Assembly: GCA_963837035.1 (NCBI GenBank)
Contig: CAWIMH010000035.1
Coordinates: 341,770-405,769, forward strand
DNA from: an uncultured Pseudomonadota bacterium
GTDB taxonomy: Bacteria; Desulfobacterota; Binatia; Binatales; Binataceae
DNA: 64,000 bases
Reading direction: 5' to 3'
The notes beneath the pieces were generated by a model. The model did no database searches and was not told where the DNA came from. It saw nothing but the letters and a program-made list of their open reading frames with translations. Position 1 is the stretch's first letter; the number at the start of each line of letters is the position of its first letter. The translations under genes were made by a program, and so were the position numbers. This document shows positions 51,230-62,645 of the stretch, piece after piece.

Positions 51230-52891
51230 ATGGGCACGAGCGGGAAGCCGAACAAAGCGGTGAAGCTCTATCGTTTCACTTTCGAAGTCCTCCTCGGGTT
51301 GGCGTCTATCTGTATAGTCGCGCTGGCGGCGGCACCAATCGCCTCCGCGGACCACCCGCCGATTGCTGTCACTGAAAGCGGACTCGTAATTGGCACCACG
51401 GCGAATGGCATAAACGAGTTTCTCGGCATCCCATACGCCGCGCCCCCGATGGGACCTCTGCGCTGGATGCCACCGAAGCCTTATGGGCTGTTTCACGGAT
51501 TTGTCCTCCAGGCGACTCAATTCGGTAGTGAGTGCACGCAACCTGGACCGTTTGGCAGCGAAAACTGCTTGTTCCTGAACGTCTATAGACCGCAGCCGCA
51601 GTTTGGCGGCGGCCCGCCGCGGAGTCTGCCGGTGATGGTCTGGATTCATGGCGGCAGCCTTACGAGTGGAGGCGGTGACTTTTATGATCCGACGCCACTG
51701 GTACAAAAAGGAGTGATCGTCGTCACCATCAATTACCGCCTGGGATATCTTGGCTTCTTCGCCCAATCGGCGCTTGACGCTGAGGGCCATCTCGCCGGTA
51801 ACTACGGGTTGATGGATCAGCAATTCGCGCTCCGTTGGGTTCAGAAAAATATCGTGGGCTTTGGCGGCGATCCGAATCGAGTAACGGTATTCGGTCAATC
51901 CGCAGGCGGATATAGCATCTATGCCCAGCTCGCTTCTCCCACCGCGTCGCATCTGTTTCGCGGTGCGATAGTGGAGAGCGGATCGTTTGATCAATTTCAG
52001 GACTACTTTGATTTCATTGTTCCGCTGGCAACGGGCGAATCCACCGGTACCGCATTCGTACCAGCGGGGGACAGCGTAGCTGCAGGCTTCGGATGTTCAG
52101 GCAGTCCCGGGGAAACCTCCAAGTGTCTGCGCGATTTGTCCGCGCCGGCGCTGGTAGCGATACAAGCCGGCATTCTGTATCCGTTCGTGGATGGAACACT
52201 GCTCACTCAGACACCCGGCGAGGCGTTTGCCAGCGGTCAATTCAACCGCGTGCCGGTGATCCACGGCACCAATCATGACGAATGGCGTCTGTAGGTGGCT
52301 GGAGAATACGATTTTGGGGTCGGACCGCTGACTGACGACGAATATCCGGCTGCGGTGTCAGCACTGTTTTTCGGGCAACCCGAGAGCTTCATACAATCGT
52401 TGATCAATACCGAATATCCGTTGAGCGACTACCCGCCGCCTCCGGGTGTCGTGAGCGCGCCACTGGCCCTAGGCGCACTCGGCACGGACGTCATTTTCGC
52501 GTGTACCGCGCGCAATGCAGATCTGTTGTTGTCGCAGTACGTGCCGACCTATGCGTATGAATTCAATGATGAAAATGCGCCGCCGGCGCAGTCCTCTGTG
52601 CCAGGGTTAACGTTTCCGCTTGGCGCGTATCACACGGCTGAATTTCCATACCTTTTCAATTTTCCCTTAGATGTTTTATCTCCAGCGCAAATCGAGCTCT
52701 CGGATACGATGATCGGATATTGGACACAGTTCGCGAAAACCGGGAATCCTAACTCGGCGGGTGCGACTAGGTGGTCCAAGTACAATGCGGGGGGCTCGCT
52801 CGAATCGCTAGTGCCCCCGACGCCAATGCCGGAGTCGGATGCGAGTTTTGACAAGGATCACAAGTGTTCGGGCTTCTGGAACACGTTCTAA
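51230..52891 (+). pseudogene. carboxylesterase type B (para-nitrobenzyl-esterase-like) interrupted by an in-frame TAG at 52292-52294
   Basis: It has a signal peptide, an oxyanion-hole HGGS motif, and the active-site motif GQSAGG. The two ORFs 51230-52294 and 52295-52891 are in the same frame and separated only by TAG (...NHDEWRL*VAGEYDFGV...). Confidence 0.65.
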
Positions 52892-53108
52892 TGCTGAACT
52901 GTCGCGAGGTGAGTGAGGGGATTCCTACGATAGTCGTCCCCTCCTGAAAACCCTCCGTGGACAGCGTTTTTTCGGACCGTACCCGAAACTCTCATCGAAA
53001 ACGCCGCCGGAGAGTTCTCTCGCTCATGGCGAGAGCGCACCCAGAGTCCAGCCATTTGACCGCGGCACACGACGCGTTGCTGCTGGCCGATCTATGGGAA
53101 ATCGGCCC

Positions 53109-55517
53109 TCAAGGGATACCTCTGCCCTGCAGGCGAACAGTTTGCGGCTGGTTAATCGCATCGCTCTGGATCGTCAGCAAGTCAATCTGCGTGCCGACGG
53201 AAGTAGGTTGGAACTCCAGCACGATGCGGCAACGTCCTCGCTTGCTTAATCTCGCACCAGCGGTGCAAGTCGTCTTGTTTGGATCGATGAGAAACTGCGC
53301 GGTAGTCGTGGCGATGCCGCCGATCGTCAACGATCCATTTTTCCCCGGATTCGCCACTTCGACCACCTTGGCCGTACTCAACTTTCCCAATCTGTGTGGG
53401 CCGAACCGAATGAGCCTCGGCGTCACGATCATTGGTCCTGAGGGCGCAGGCAATGGACTGGGTGCGGGCGTGGGCGTCGCGGCCGGGGTGGGGGACGCAG
53501 GTGTTGTACTTGGCGCCGGCGTGCCGGTCGGAGTGGATGTAGGTGTTCTACTCGGGACCGGAGGCGTCGGACTGGCAATAGGCGTAGGCGTACCGGGAAC
53601 GGGAGTCGACTTGACGGTCGGAACGGGCGTAGTTGTCGTGGTGGGAGAAGGCGTCGGCGTGGGCGTCGGAATCAACCCCGCGCCCAACGCATACCCGCGC
53701 ACAAAGTTCGCCATATCGGCTGTCCCCCAACCGGTACTCTGGTCATATCCTTGCTGGGCGGGGAAACCGGAGACGCCGTTGAAGCTATTGCCGCCGCTGG
53801 TTACGTCACGCAGGCCCGAGCTCGAGACACTGGCAAGCGCCCCGAGTCTATAAATTTCCGGGTTCATATCGCCGAGGCGCGGATTCGCACAGCCGTCGCA
53901 TGTAGGGTCCCTCCCGGTCTGCGCGACGAGCCTCGACAAGCCCGCCCACATCGGGGCGGCGATACTCGTGCCTCCGATAGTCCACAGGATGGGATTGCCA
54001 CCCGAGTCATCGCCGAAAATGAACCCGGGCGCATTTGGGCTGGCCCCGTATGCGATATCGGGAACGTCTCGGGAAGCGTCGTTTGGCGTTGTGCCTTGCT
54101 GATAGGAAGGCTTGGGGAAGACCTGACTCTTGCCGCCGCCAGTTGCTCCCGAGCCGTCGTCCCATGCGCTCTCTGCCACAAAGCCCAGGTCGTTGCCGTT
54201 GGCATCGTAGTTAGGTGTGAACTCGGTGCCGCCTACCGCCGTTACATTCGGGTCCGCCGCAGCCTCGCTGACGTTTCGGCTGGTTCCGGGCACGCAAGCG
54301 GTTCCGTCGTGATTGAGCATCAGCCCCGCAGCACCGTTATCGCCTGACGCTACAAAGACCGACTGACCCTGTGCCGCGGCTTGCGCCAACCAGGGGTCAA
54401 GCGCCTCGATGTAGTAGGAATTCGGAGCACCGCAAGCGCCGAAGCTTATGCTGATGGCCCCGCAGGCGTCGTCGTCAACCGCTCGCCCGATCGCGCGGAG
54501 AATCGGATCCCCCGAAGTGGCGATATAGACCATGATGCCCGCACCCGGCGCGACCGCATGTCCCCACTCGATGTCCAGCAGCGCCTCCTCCTCTAGGGTA
54601 TCGCCGTTTCGAGGGGGGCTCGGGTCAAGCAAAATGCGCGTGATTTCGGGAGCCGGCAGAGAAAACGCCGTATCGAACAGGGTTACTGCCGCGTCGAGAT
54701 AGTCGGACTCCTCGATAAACGCGATCCCGCACTCAACCTGAGGAACCGGTCCGGGGACCGGAGCAGGGCCGCCGTTTCCGTCGATTCCGGCGCTCAACAG
54801 CGGAGTTTCGTCGTAGAACGTATAAAGGTCCGGCGGACCGAATGCTTCCCCAACGATACGCGACGCGGGTTCGCTTGCAGTAGTATCGCCCGAGACCGCG
54901 GCGAGTCTCGTGCTCTGAACCGGCTGGCGATGGGCCGATGACGAACGAAGTCCAAGTGGAAACCAGCGATGGAGATTGTCGAGTCCGTCGATCCAAGCAA
55001 TCAAACCGTCGAATTGCGCTGGAATTCTAACCTCGCTCGAATTTGCAAAGAGCGACGCATCCTGCGACCCGGCGATGCTGATCGAAAATGCATTTTCGAC
55101 CTGTGCCACCGAGCCGGCCGCTTCAATTGTGCGTGGATTCGCGGAATTAATCTGAAAGCCTTGGGCGGCCAGCCATTTGCGGACTGCCATGACTTCAGCT
55201 GGCGTTCGACCGAAACGCGCATTGAAACGCGAGGGAGTGAGCCACCGATGATACTGAGCCGCCGCCGGGTCCTGCAGTTCCGACAGTAGCCTCGTCAGAC
55301 CTTGGCGGTCGCGTAAAGCGAAGGTGATACGGAGATTCAGCTGTAAATCCGCTGGAGCGTGCCAGGTCAGTGCATCGGCTCCCAGCGGACGGCTGCCGGG
55401 GAGCACTATCGTCTGCGCCGAAGACTCGCGCGGCAACAGACTGGAAACGATCAGCAACAATCCGAAACCGAGGGCCTTCAGCAAGTATCGTCGCTCTTTT
55501 TGTTCCGAGCGCGGCAT
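53109..55517 (-). CDS. secreted sedolisin/kumamolisin-type serine protease (S53) with Pro/Thr-rich linker and C-terminal Ig-like domain
   Basis: The start is at [35 protein letters not shown], a signal peptide. It has a pro-kumamolisin activation domain and a subtilase-fold catalytic domain. A PT-rich linker of about 75 aa follows ([18 protein letters not shown]...). The C-terminal beta-rich domain is about 110 aa. Confidence 0.7.
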   Translation of the reverse strand: MPRSEQKERRYLLKALGFGLLLIVSSLLPRESSAQTIVLPGSRPLGADALTWHAPADLQLNLRITFALRDRQGLTRLLSELQDPAAAQYHRWLTPSRFNARFGRTPAEVMAVRKWLAAQGFQINSANPRTIEAAGSVAQVENAFSISIAGSQDASLFANSSEVRIPAQFDGLIAWIDGLDNLHRWFPLGLRSSSAHRQPVQSTRLAAVSGDTTASEPASRIVGEAFGPPDLYTFYDETPLLSAGIDGNGGPAPVPGPVPQVECGIAFIEESDYLDAAVTLFDTAFSLPAPEITRILLDPSPPRNGDTLEEEALLDIEWGHAVAPGAGIMVYIATSGDPILRAIGRAVDDDACGAISISFGACGAPNSYYIEALDPWLAQAAAQGQSVFVASGDNGAAGLMLNHDGTACVPGTSRNVSEAAADPNVTAVGGTEFTPNYDANGNDLGFVAESAWDDGSGATGGGKSQVFPKPSYQQGTTPNDASRDVPDIAYGASPNAPGFIFGDDSGGNPILWTIGGTSIAAPMWAGLSRLVAQTGRDPTCDGCANPRLGDMNPEIYRLGALASVSSSGLRDVTSGGNSFNGVSGFPAQQGYDQSTGWGTADMANFVRGYALGAGLIPTPTPTPSPTTTTTPVPTVKSTPVPGTPTPIASPTPPVPSRTPTSTPTGTPAPSTTPASPTPAATPTPAPSPLPAPSGPMIVTPRLIRFGPHRLGKLSTAKVVEVANPGKNGSLTIGGIATTTAQFLIDPNKTTCTAGARLSKRGRCRIVLEFQPTSVGTQIDLLTIQSDAINQPQTVRLQGRGIP

Positions 55518-55863
55518 GCGGCGGGCCTCCCTCCATCGATCCGGACGATCGTTGTTTCCTACAGGGGGGAACATAACTTGATGTTCAGAAATATGACAAA
55601 TCGTTGACCGTACTTGTCCACAAGTTTCTCGTTCTCGGAGTGAGCGGCGTTGACTCGTCGAGTTCACGTCGATCCACTTCAGGGCATGCAAGTATGCTAG
55701 CGCGGTGCGGCGTGCTTGAATGGTGCCCGCTGCCCGCGCTCCTGAATCGAGCAATCTAATAAAACCTGCGAATCAGTAGGATTGTCGGCCGGCTGGCATC
55801 GCCATCGCTCGGAGAGTTTTTTTGAACCCACTCGGAACGCGATTTCTACGGAGATAATGGTTT

Positions 55864-56805
55864 ATGAATGACACCGACGGCCTTCGCTATACCAGAATTC
55901 CGCTCAACAACGGCGCCGACGAGATTCCAGCACTCGGCTTTGGCACGCTGATTCCTGACCCGCTCGCGACAAAAGAGGCAACCAGGGTTGCCTTGGAGGC
56001 GGGCTTTTGTCAATTCGATACCGCCGAGCGCTACCGAAATGAAGAACAGGTCGGCGAAGCGATGCGAGGGATATTCCAGGAGGGCAAGGTCAAGCGGGAG
56101 GATGTTTTTATCTGTTCCAAGCTGTGGAACACCAATCATCGTCCCGAACGGGTCAGACCCGCCTTCGAGGCAAGCCGCAGAAGACTGCAGCTGGACTATG
56201 TCGATTTATACTGCATCCATACCCCATTCGCTTTCAAACCCGGGGACGAGCAAGACCCGCGAGATGAGAACGGCAAAGTTATTTATGATGTCGCGACGAC
56301 TCTGACGGATACATGGAAGGCTTTGGAGAGCCTCGTGGACGAAGGCCGCTGCAAGGCTATTGGATTGTCGAACGTCAGTCTGGGACAGCTGAAAGAGGTG
56401 TTCGAAAGCGCACGGGTAAAGCCTGCTGTGCTCCAAGTCGAATCCCACCCATATCTCCCCGAATTGGAACTGCTCGACTATTGCAAGAAGAATGGAATCG
56501 TGATGCAGGCCTTCGCGGCGTTGGGTCATGGTATGGAACCGAGGCTACTCGACGATCCGGTCATCACCACTATCGCCAAGCGCGTCCGCAAAACCAGCGC
56601 CCAAGTCCTGCTGGCTTGGGCTGTACAACGCCTTACGGCGCCTTTAACCACATCTACAAAGACGCGTAACATCAAGGAAAATTTCGATATCTCAACTCTT
56701 CCCGATGAAGCCATGAAGGAAATCAGCGAAGGGATTAGCACGCGAGTCAGGCTCAATTCGGTTGTGCGGACGGGCATCCCCGGGTTCATTCCCAGGGGAA
56801 CATGA
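55864..56805 (+). CDS. aldo/keto reductase family oxidoreductase
   Basis: It has the AKR motifs ALGFGT, FDTAERY, CSKLW, LDYVDLYCIHTP, and IGLSN. Confidence 0.8.
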   Translation: MNDTDGLRYTRIPLNNGADEIPALGFGTLIPDPLATKEATRVALEAGFCQFDTAERYRNEEQVGEAMRGIFQEGKVKREDVFICSKLWNTNHRPERVRPAFEASRRRLQLDYVDLYCIHTPFAFKPGDEQDPRDENGKVIYDVATTLTDTWKALESLVDEGRCKAIGLSNVSLGQLKEVFESARVKPAVLQVESHPYLPELELLDYCKKNGIVMQAFAALGHGMEPRLLDDPVITTIAKRVRKTSAQVLLAWAVQRLTAPLTTSTKTRNIKENFDISTLPDEAMKEISEGISTRVRLNSVVRTGIPGFIPRGT

Positions 56806-57019
56806 ACGTCCAAACCGAGATTCCCCGGATTGATCGCCAGAAAAATGTCCGTATTCATCTCGATTTGATTGCAACTCCACGCTATCCAGGGCGGCCATCT
56901 GTCTCGTGCGCCCGCCTGCGTATCGGGGCCTGACCCGTTTGTAATCCGCCGCGCATTGATCCAATTCTTCATCGGGTCGGCCGCGATGCTGGCCCGAACG
57001 CGCTCAAATTGGAGGGAAA

Positions 57020-57796
57020 ATGGCTCAAGGAAGAATCGCGGATCGGGTGGCAATCGTAACGGGGGGCGGTTCCGGGATAGGGAAGGCGACCGCTGAGTTA
57101 TTCGCCCAGGAAGGCGCCAGGGTAGTTATCGGAGACCTGCCGGGCGGGGACGGAGAACAAGTCGCGAAATCGATTGACGGCACATTCGTGGCGACCGATG
57201 TGAGCGACCCCAAGGCGGTACAAAGCCTGGATCGCGCCGCGTGCGACAAGTTCGGCGGAATCGACATCATGTTCAACAATGCGGGTATCGGTATCGTCGC
57301 GCCGTTACTCGACACCTCCGAGGAAGTCTACTCGAAGACGATTCGTGTCGACCTCGACGGTGTTTACTGGGGACTCAAGTTCGGGGGCCAGGTAATGGTC
57401 CAACAGAAGCGCGGCGCAATCGTGAACACCGCATCGCTCGCGGGTCTCCGCGGCAGTGTCGGATTATCGGCCTACAATGCCGCCAAGCACGGAGTGGTCG
57501 GACTGACACGCAACGCGGCGCTGGAATTCGCGCATGCGGGTGTCCGCGTAAATTGCATATGCCCCGGGATCATCGATACGCCTCTGGTCGCGCGGGCGTT
57601 CGGCGCCACCGAGGAAATCCGTGAGACGATGCATCGGTTCCATCCGCTGGGCCGGATGGGCAAGCCGATCGAAATTGCTCGCTGCGTGCTGTTTCTCGCC
57701 TCCGACGACGCTTCGTTCGTGACCGGGCACGCCCTCGTGATCGACGGTGGAATAGCTGCGGGCACGGGAAGCACCAGCGGGATCACGGACAACTAA
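57020..57796 (+). CDS. short-chain dehydrogenase/reductase (SDR)
   Basis: It has TGGGSGIGKA (the cofactor-binding motif), NNAG, and a YNAAK catalytic Tyr-Lys. Confidence 0.8.
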   Translation: MAQGRIADRVAIVTGGGSGIGKATAELFAQEGARVVIGDLPGGDGEQVAKSIDGTFVATDVSDPKAVQSLDRAACDKFGGIDIMFNNAGIGIVAPLLDTSEEVYSKTIRVDLDGVYWGLKFGGQVMVQQKRGAIVNTASLAGLRGSVGLSAYNAAKHGVVGLTRNAALEFAHAGVRVNCICPGIIDTPLVARAFGATEEIRETMHRFHPLGRMGKPIEIARCVLFLASDDASFVTGHALVIDGGIAAGTGSTSGITDN

Positions 57797-57873
57797 GAGA
57801 AGACGGCCGGATCGGGGTGCGTCCATTCCCGTCGTCGAATGGAGGACGCCCCGCGACCGGTGACCGGTTGACG

Positions 57874-58362
57874 ATGGTGGTTATCATCATGGGGGTTGCG
57901 GGCAGCGGCAAGACCACGGTCGGGCAACTGCTCGCGCACAGCCTGGGCTGGCAATTCCTCGACGCCGACGAGCTTCATCCGCCCGGTAGTCGCGAGAAAA
58001 TGCACAACGGGATCGCCCTCACGGACGAGGACCGCAGGCCCTGGCTTGAGGCCGTTCGTGGCCTGATCGAGCAATACCTCAGGAGCCGAGCAGCCAGCGC
58101 CGTGATCGCATGCTCGGCGCTTAAGCGACGGTACCGCGATCTGCTGGTCGTGAATCCGCAGGAGGTACGCATCGTTTACCTCAAGGGAGAGCGAGCGCTT
58201 ATAGAAGCACGGTTGGCGAAGCGCAGCGGTCATTTTTTCGACCGGCGACTGATTGCGAGCCAGTTCGAGGCGTTGGAGGAGCCCAGCAACGCGATCGTCG
58301 AGGAGGTTTCGCGCGAACCGGAAACGATTGTCGAGTCGATCCGAGCGAAGCTGGAGCCGTGA
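57874..58362 (+). CDS. gluconokinase (GntK-like P-loop kinase)
   Basis: MVVIIMGVAGSGKTTVGQLLAHSLGWQFLDADELHP matches gluconate kinase/shikimate kinase-like enzymes. The upstream in-frame extension of ORF 57817 is probably not translated. Confidence 0.65.
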   Translation: MVVIIMGVAGSGKTTVGQLLAHSLGWQFLDADELHPPGSREKMHNGIALTDEDRRPWLEAVRGLIEQYLRSRAASAVIACSALKRRYRDLLVVNPQEVRIVYLKGERALIEARLAKRSGHFFDRRLIASQFEALEEPSNAIVEEVSREPETIVESIRAKLEP

Positions 58363-58473
58363 ATTTTTGCGTCACCGGCGCCAGCCATTTGAGTCGGAAT
58401 CCCGTTTTTCGCTCCCCGCAGAATGGATTGCCGTAATCTGGCCGTGCCTCGACATAGAGTCAAAGCTTCCGCC

Positions 58474-58722
58474 CTACTGAACGTCATCGGTGGTGGGAGA
58501 CGGCTGCACGTCTATCGGAGACGGCTGCGCGTCCGGTTCTTGGGTCACACCTTGCGGCGGCATTCCCGGCAATTGGCCGGTCTTCTCGTACTCGTAACCT
58601 TCGTACCCAAGGGAACCAAGCATCAGCGCGGGACATCCCGAGAGGCCAAGAGCGAGCACCGCCAGCGCGACCACTCCCAGCCATCGTGGTGAGCAAGTCT
58701 TCCTGAGCCGCATATCCCTCAT
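58474..58722 (-). CDS. small lipoprotein, unknown function
   Basis: MRDMRLRKTCSPRWLGVVALAVLALGLSGC gives a lipobox LSGC. A Pro/Gln-rich tail follows. Confidence 0.35.
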   Translation of the reverse strand: MRDMRLRKTCSPRWLGVVALAVLALGLSGCPALMLGSLGYEGYEYEKTGQLPGMPPQGVTQEPDAQPSPIDVQPSPTTDDVQ

Positions 58723-59268
58723 CGCTGCGCTGAGCCGCTATCAGAACAAGTACGCCAATCCTCGGGGAAGGTATCAGACTGTACATGGGGGTCACGTGAA
58801 CCAGGTCATTTGCATTTGGCCCCCCATGAGGAACTGACGGTTTGTGGCGATGGGTTTGGTGGGGGACATCAACCCCCGGCTACCGCGCCGCTTTTTACTA
58901 GCCTATCTAAATCATGGTGGACGCCCACGCGTGTTGCGCCTTAGACGTATTACAAAAGGTCGGGTACAAAAGGAGGCCAGCAAGCGAGACGCGCATCGTG
59001 CAAGCCTTACTAATACTCCTGGGCGCAATTGTGTCGCTGCTGCTCACTGGCTTCGTGGAGTGGATGAAGAAGCCGAGTTTGTCGCTTGAGATAGAGGCCC
59101 CACCGTTACCGGAATAGCAATATCCCCCAACCGCCCGCATTGGATGTGACGGCGAATGGCGCTGGCTAGTGTAAAACGCACGGTTAGATAGACGCCGGCC
59201 CGATAGGCTCGCCGACTCGATTCCGCGGAGGCCCAACAGGCCGGTCAAAGAGACGGATCCCAGTACAG

Positions 59269-60141
59269 CTACTTTTCGGCGAAGAACGTGAGCAACTGTT
59301 CGAGGAGGTAGTCCGCGCGCTCCTCTACGATCCAGTGGCCCGCGCGTTCGACCACTCCACCGCGGACGTTTTCGGCGAGTTCCCTCATCGCACGCAACGG
59401 AGCCTGGCCGAAACCGCGCTCACCGCCGAGTGCCAACACCGGCATCTTTAGCTTGGTTTTGGCATTTTCCTTGTTGTGCTCGATGTCGTCGAAGATCGCG
59501 CGATAATATTCGAAACCCGCGCGCATCCCGCCGGGCGCCGAGTAGCATCTCGTGTATTCGTCGATCTCCGCTTCGGTGATTGCGGTGGGATTGTAAGCCG
59601 CAACCCGATAGAACCACGAGAGATAGGTGCGCTCGCGACCGTTTACGAGCGCCTCAGGCAAATCGCGAACGCTATGGAAGGCGAGGTGCCAGATGCCTCC
59701 GCGCCGGGTTACCTGCGGGATTTTCTCCCATCCTTCCCCGGGAATTGTCACGTCGAGGATAACGAGCTTGCGGACATCCTGGGGGTGCGCGCAAGCGTAA
59801 GCGTAGGCTACCGGACCGCCCCAGTCATGACCGACCAGGAAAATCTTCTCGAAGCCGAGTTTGCGCACTAGCTGGTATATATCGGCGGCGACCGTGCGCT
59901 TGTCATAACCGGCGGTAGGTTTCGAGGAATCGCCGAGACCCCGCATATCAGGCGCAATCACCGTATAGCGCTCGGCTAGCGCAGGCATGATGCGACGCCA
60001 TTCGTACCAGGTCTGGGGCCATCCATGCAGCAAAACTACCGGATCGCCTTTCCCGCAAGTGACATAGTGCAGACGCACCTGGTCGAGCAGGATCGTGGAA
60101 TGAACGAACTTCGAATCGTCAATTGCTATGGAATTCGCCAT
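59269..60141 (-). CDS. alpha/beta hydrolase (epoxide hydrolase/haloalkane dehalogenase-like)
   Basis: It has the motifs LLHGWPQTWYEW and VGHDWGG (the nucleophile elbow), plus a C-terminal His region. The start is MANSIAIDD, just downstream of the GST stop. Confidence 0.75.
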   Translation of the reverse strand: MANSIAIDDSKFVHSTILLDQVRLHYVTCGKGDPVVLLHGWPQTWYEWRRIMPALAERYTVIAPDMRGLGDSSKPTAGYDKRTVAADIYQLVRKLGFEKIFLVGHDWGGPVAYAYACAHPQDVRKLVILDVTIPGEGWEKIPQVTRRGGIWHLAFHSVRDLPEALVNGRERTYLSWFYRVAAYNPTAITEAEIDEYTRCYSAPGGMRAGFEYYRAIFDDIEHNKENAKTKLKMPVLALGGERGFGQAPLRAMRELAENVRGGVVERAGHWIVEERADYLLEQLLTFFAEK

Positions 60142-60145
60142 TGTT

Positions 60146-60925
60146 CTACAGATCAATCGGTAATTCGAGATAGTCGTTGTAAATAAAGTCGCGATGGGCG
60201 AGGAGTTGCGGAGTCATCGCCTGCATCACGACCGCATCGGTACAGGTATACATGCGGCGGTATCCCTGCGGCATCGGGCACTGCTCCTGGGGCAGCGGCT
60301 GAACCAGCGCGGCGAATGCTGCCCAGTAGATGTCCAGCGCCGACAAGCGCTTGCCGACGAGAAAACGGCTGCCCTTCGCATGCTGTGAGGCAAGCTGGTT
60401 TGCCAACGCCCTCAGGATTTCAGCAACGCGCGCAGGAGCGGCTTCGGCGGCATCGGATGCATATCCGTATTTGTTGCTCATGAAGGCCAGCCCCTTTTTG
60501 GCTGCATCCGCAGCCTTCGGGTCTCCCAGCGTGGCATGAAACAGCATCAGGCGCCGAGCCCATCCGAAGCCATTTTCCCCACACAGCTCGTTGCTTAACC
60601 CGAACATCAGCATACGTTCATCGATAGCCGATGGAATCAACGGCGGCTCAGGCGCGATCCGCTCAGCCAGGTAGAGCTGGTCGATCCAGAGACTGCGCGG
60701 GCGTTCATCGTTGTAAACGAAAGCCGGAGCGGTCGTTTGCGCGGTCCATTTTAACAAGGGCAGATTCTGACCACCGACCTCCTGCCGCACCTTGGTGTAG
60801 GGAATTTTTTTGACGTGCAAAATGCCTTTGGCGGCCTCACTCCAGGGTCCGGGAACGCCGGGTGACAGGACGACGCGGAGTCCCGGAATCTTAAGTGCTT
60901 CTTCAACTTCGACGTATGCGGCCAT
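60146..60925 (-). CDS. glutathione S-transferase-like protein
   Basis: 259 aa with a thioredoxin-like N-terminal domain and a helical C-terminal domain. Assignment is by overall resemblance only. Confidence 0.55.
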   Translation of the reverse strand: MAAYVEVEEALKIPGLRVVLSPGVPGPWSEAAKGILHVKKIPYTKVRQEVGGQNLPLLKWTAQTTAPAFVYNDERPRSLWIDQLYLAERIAPEPPLIPSAIDERMLMFGLSNELCGENGFGWARRLMLFHATLGDPKAADAAKKGLAFMSNKYGYASDAAEAAPARVAEILRALANQLASQHAKGSRFLVGKRLSALDIYWAAFAALVQPLPQEQCPMPQGYRRMYTCTDAVVMQAMTPQLLAHRDFIYNDYLELPIDL

Positions 60926-61182
60926 CTTTGGTCTCTCCTGCCTCGACGAATGGCTCGTGAGCTAATTCCTCAGGCGAACGCTGTCGTGCCCGTTTTAGTG
61001 GATAATAAGATTTTCCGCCAGCAATCGCGGGCTTCGGAAGGCTGACGCCACGCGAATCCAGACTGCGATTGAGCCTCAAAGCTTGTAATAGATGCCCATT
61101 AATGCTAAATTGACTTTAAGCTACGTTAGTTGATGATGTTGGCTCACTAATGTAGCCTATTTTCCAAGGAGCTGAGGCATCG

Positions 61183-62619
61183 GTGCAAAGAAAACTTGTC
61201 GCGAATTCCGGATTTATTTCAATTGCCGCGCTGATTGGAGCTTTTGCTCTCAACGCGAGCATTGCAGCCGCAGGATGCGTGGGAGGATTCGAAGTCGGGC
61301 CCGTTGACGTTCAGGCGATGCCAGGGGTCGCGGCGAGTTCGGACGCTGCGGCAACCGTAGTCTCCTCCAAGCGCCCTCAGATAGGCGACGTACTGATTGC
61401 CGGAGGCGTTGGTGCGACAGGCCAGGCGATCGGCAGTGCGCAGTTGTACAGCGCGTCGGCCGGGACTTTTGTGAGCACGCCGGGAATGGGAATCGCCCGC
61501 GCTGCGCATCAGGCGGTGATGTTCTCCGCCCAGCACGAGGTGCTGGTCGTTGGCGGCTTCAAGGGCAAGGCCAAACCGACCGTTTCTTCCATAGCGTTGC
61601 GCTTCACGACGCAGGCGACGGGCAAAGTTTTCCATACTGACAAAGGCACCTTTGGAACCTTTGGACCAGTCAAGAGCAAGATGCGAAGTAGCAATTCGGA
61701 CGATGACCGCTCCTTCTTCCCGGCGGTGGAATTGCAAACGGGATTGGGTTTTTTGCCGGGCGGGCTGTGCAACGGCGACCTCCGCCCGACCGCGTTTACA
61801 TTTGATTCGAGCCTCAACACATTTCAGTTGGTGGCGAACCCTCTCCTGGCGAGACGCGCCTTCCATACGGCGACGCTGCTTAATAACGGCCGTGTGCTAA
61901 TCACTGGCGGAATCGTGGATTTTGCCGGAGATACTACAAATACGGCGGAGATCTTCGATCCGATCCTCGGGACCTTCACGGCGACGGGAAACATGATCAA
62001 TTCGCGCGCCGGTCACACTGCGACGCTTCTGGCGAGCGGCAAGGTGCTGATCACCGGAGGCGCAACGGGGGTGGCTTCAAGTTCGTCGTCGGGTACGCTT
62101 ACTGCCCTAAATACGACGGAGATCTTCGATCCAACCGCGAACTCGGGGGTCGGAGCCTTTGCGGCCGGCCCGACTATGGGTGCAGCACGTTGGGAGCATA
62201 CCGCAACCTTGCTTGGCGACGGCAGCACGGTGTTGATCGCAGGTGGATTTAACGGGGTCGCGTCCTGGAGCCTGGCACCGTTCGGTAAGTTGGCGGGAGA
62301 CGTCGGTTCATGGATGCCGACTTCGGGTGCGATCGGGAATACCGCGGAGGTCTTCGATCCCACCGCGAATGCGGGGGCGGGCGGCTTCACCCCCACCGCG
62401 ACAAGCATGAACGCGGCGCGTTTCGGACATACCGCGACGTTGTTGGCGACGGCGCCGAATACCGGCGACGTGTTAATCGTGGGCGGTTTCGGCGGAGCGA
62501 ATCCCGGTGCCCCGTTGAACACGGTCGAACTCTATAGTCCGCTGAGCGGCGGGAGTTTTACGCCGACCACGAGTCTCAAGGCCGCCCGTGCGTGGCATAC
62601 GGCCACGCTGATTCAATAA
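61183..62619 (+). CDS. secreted Kelch/galactose-oxidase-like beta-propeller protein
   Basis: It has a signal peptide (MQRKLVANSGFISIAALIGAFALNASIAAAG). At least 6 repeats of the form HTATLLxxGxVLIxGG are present. Confidence 0.6.
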   Translation: MQRKLVANSGFISIAALIGAFALNASIAAAGCVGGFEVGPVDVQAMPGVAASSDAAATVVSSKRPQIGDVLIAGGVGATGQAIGSAQLYSASAGTFVSTPGMGIARAAHQAVMFSAQHEVLVVGGFKGKAKPTVSSIALRFTTQATGKVFHTDKGTFGTFGPVKSKMRSSNSDDDRSFFPAVELQTGLGFLPGGLCNGDLRPTAFTFDSSLNTFQLVANPLLARRAFHTATLLNNGRVLITGGIVDFAGDTTNTAEIFDPILGTFTATGNMINSRAGHTATLLASGKVLITGGATGVASSSSSGTLTALNTTEIFDPTANSGVGAFAAGPTMGAARWEHTATLLGDGSTVLIAGGFNGVASWSLAPFGKLAGDVGSWMPTSGAIGNTAEVFDPTANAGAGGFTPTATSMNAARFGHTATLLATAPNTGDVLIVGGFGGANPGAPLNTVELYSPLSGGSFTPTTSLKAARAWHTATLIQ

Positions 62620-62645
62620 AATTCGTTGACGGAAACTGACTAGTC

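Noticed and set aside
52957-53853. 298-aa plus-strand ORF rich in Gly/Val
   Set aside because: It is antisense to the sedolisin gene, reading the Pro/Thr linker as a GVG repeat. It has no independent support.
61219-61866. 215-aa minus-strand ORF
   Set aside because: It is antisense to the Kelch-repeat gene and has no homology-like features.
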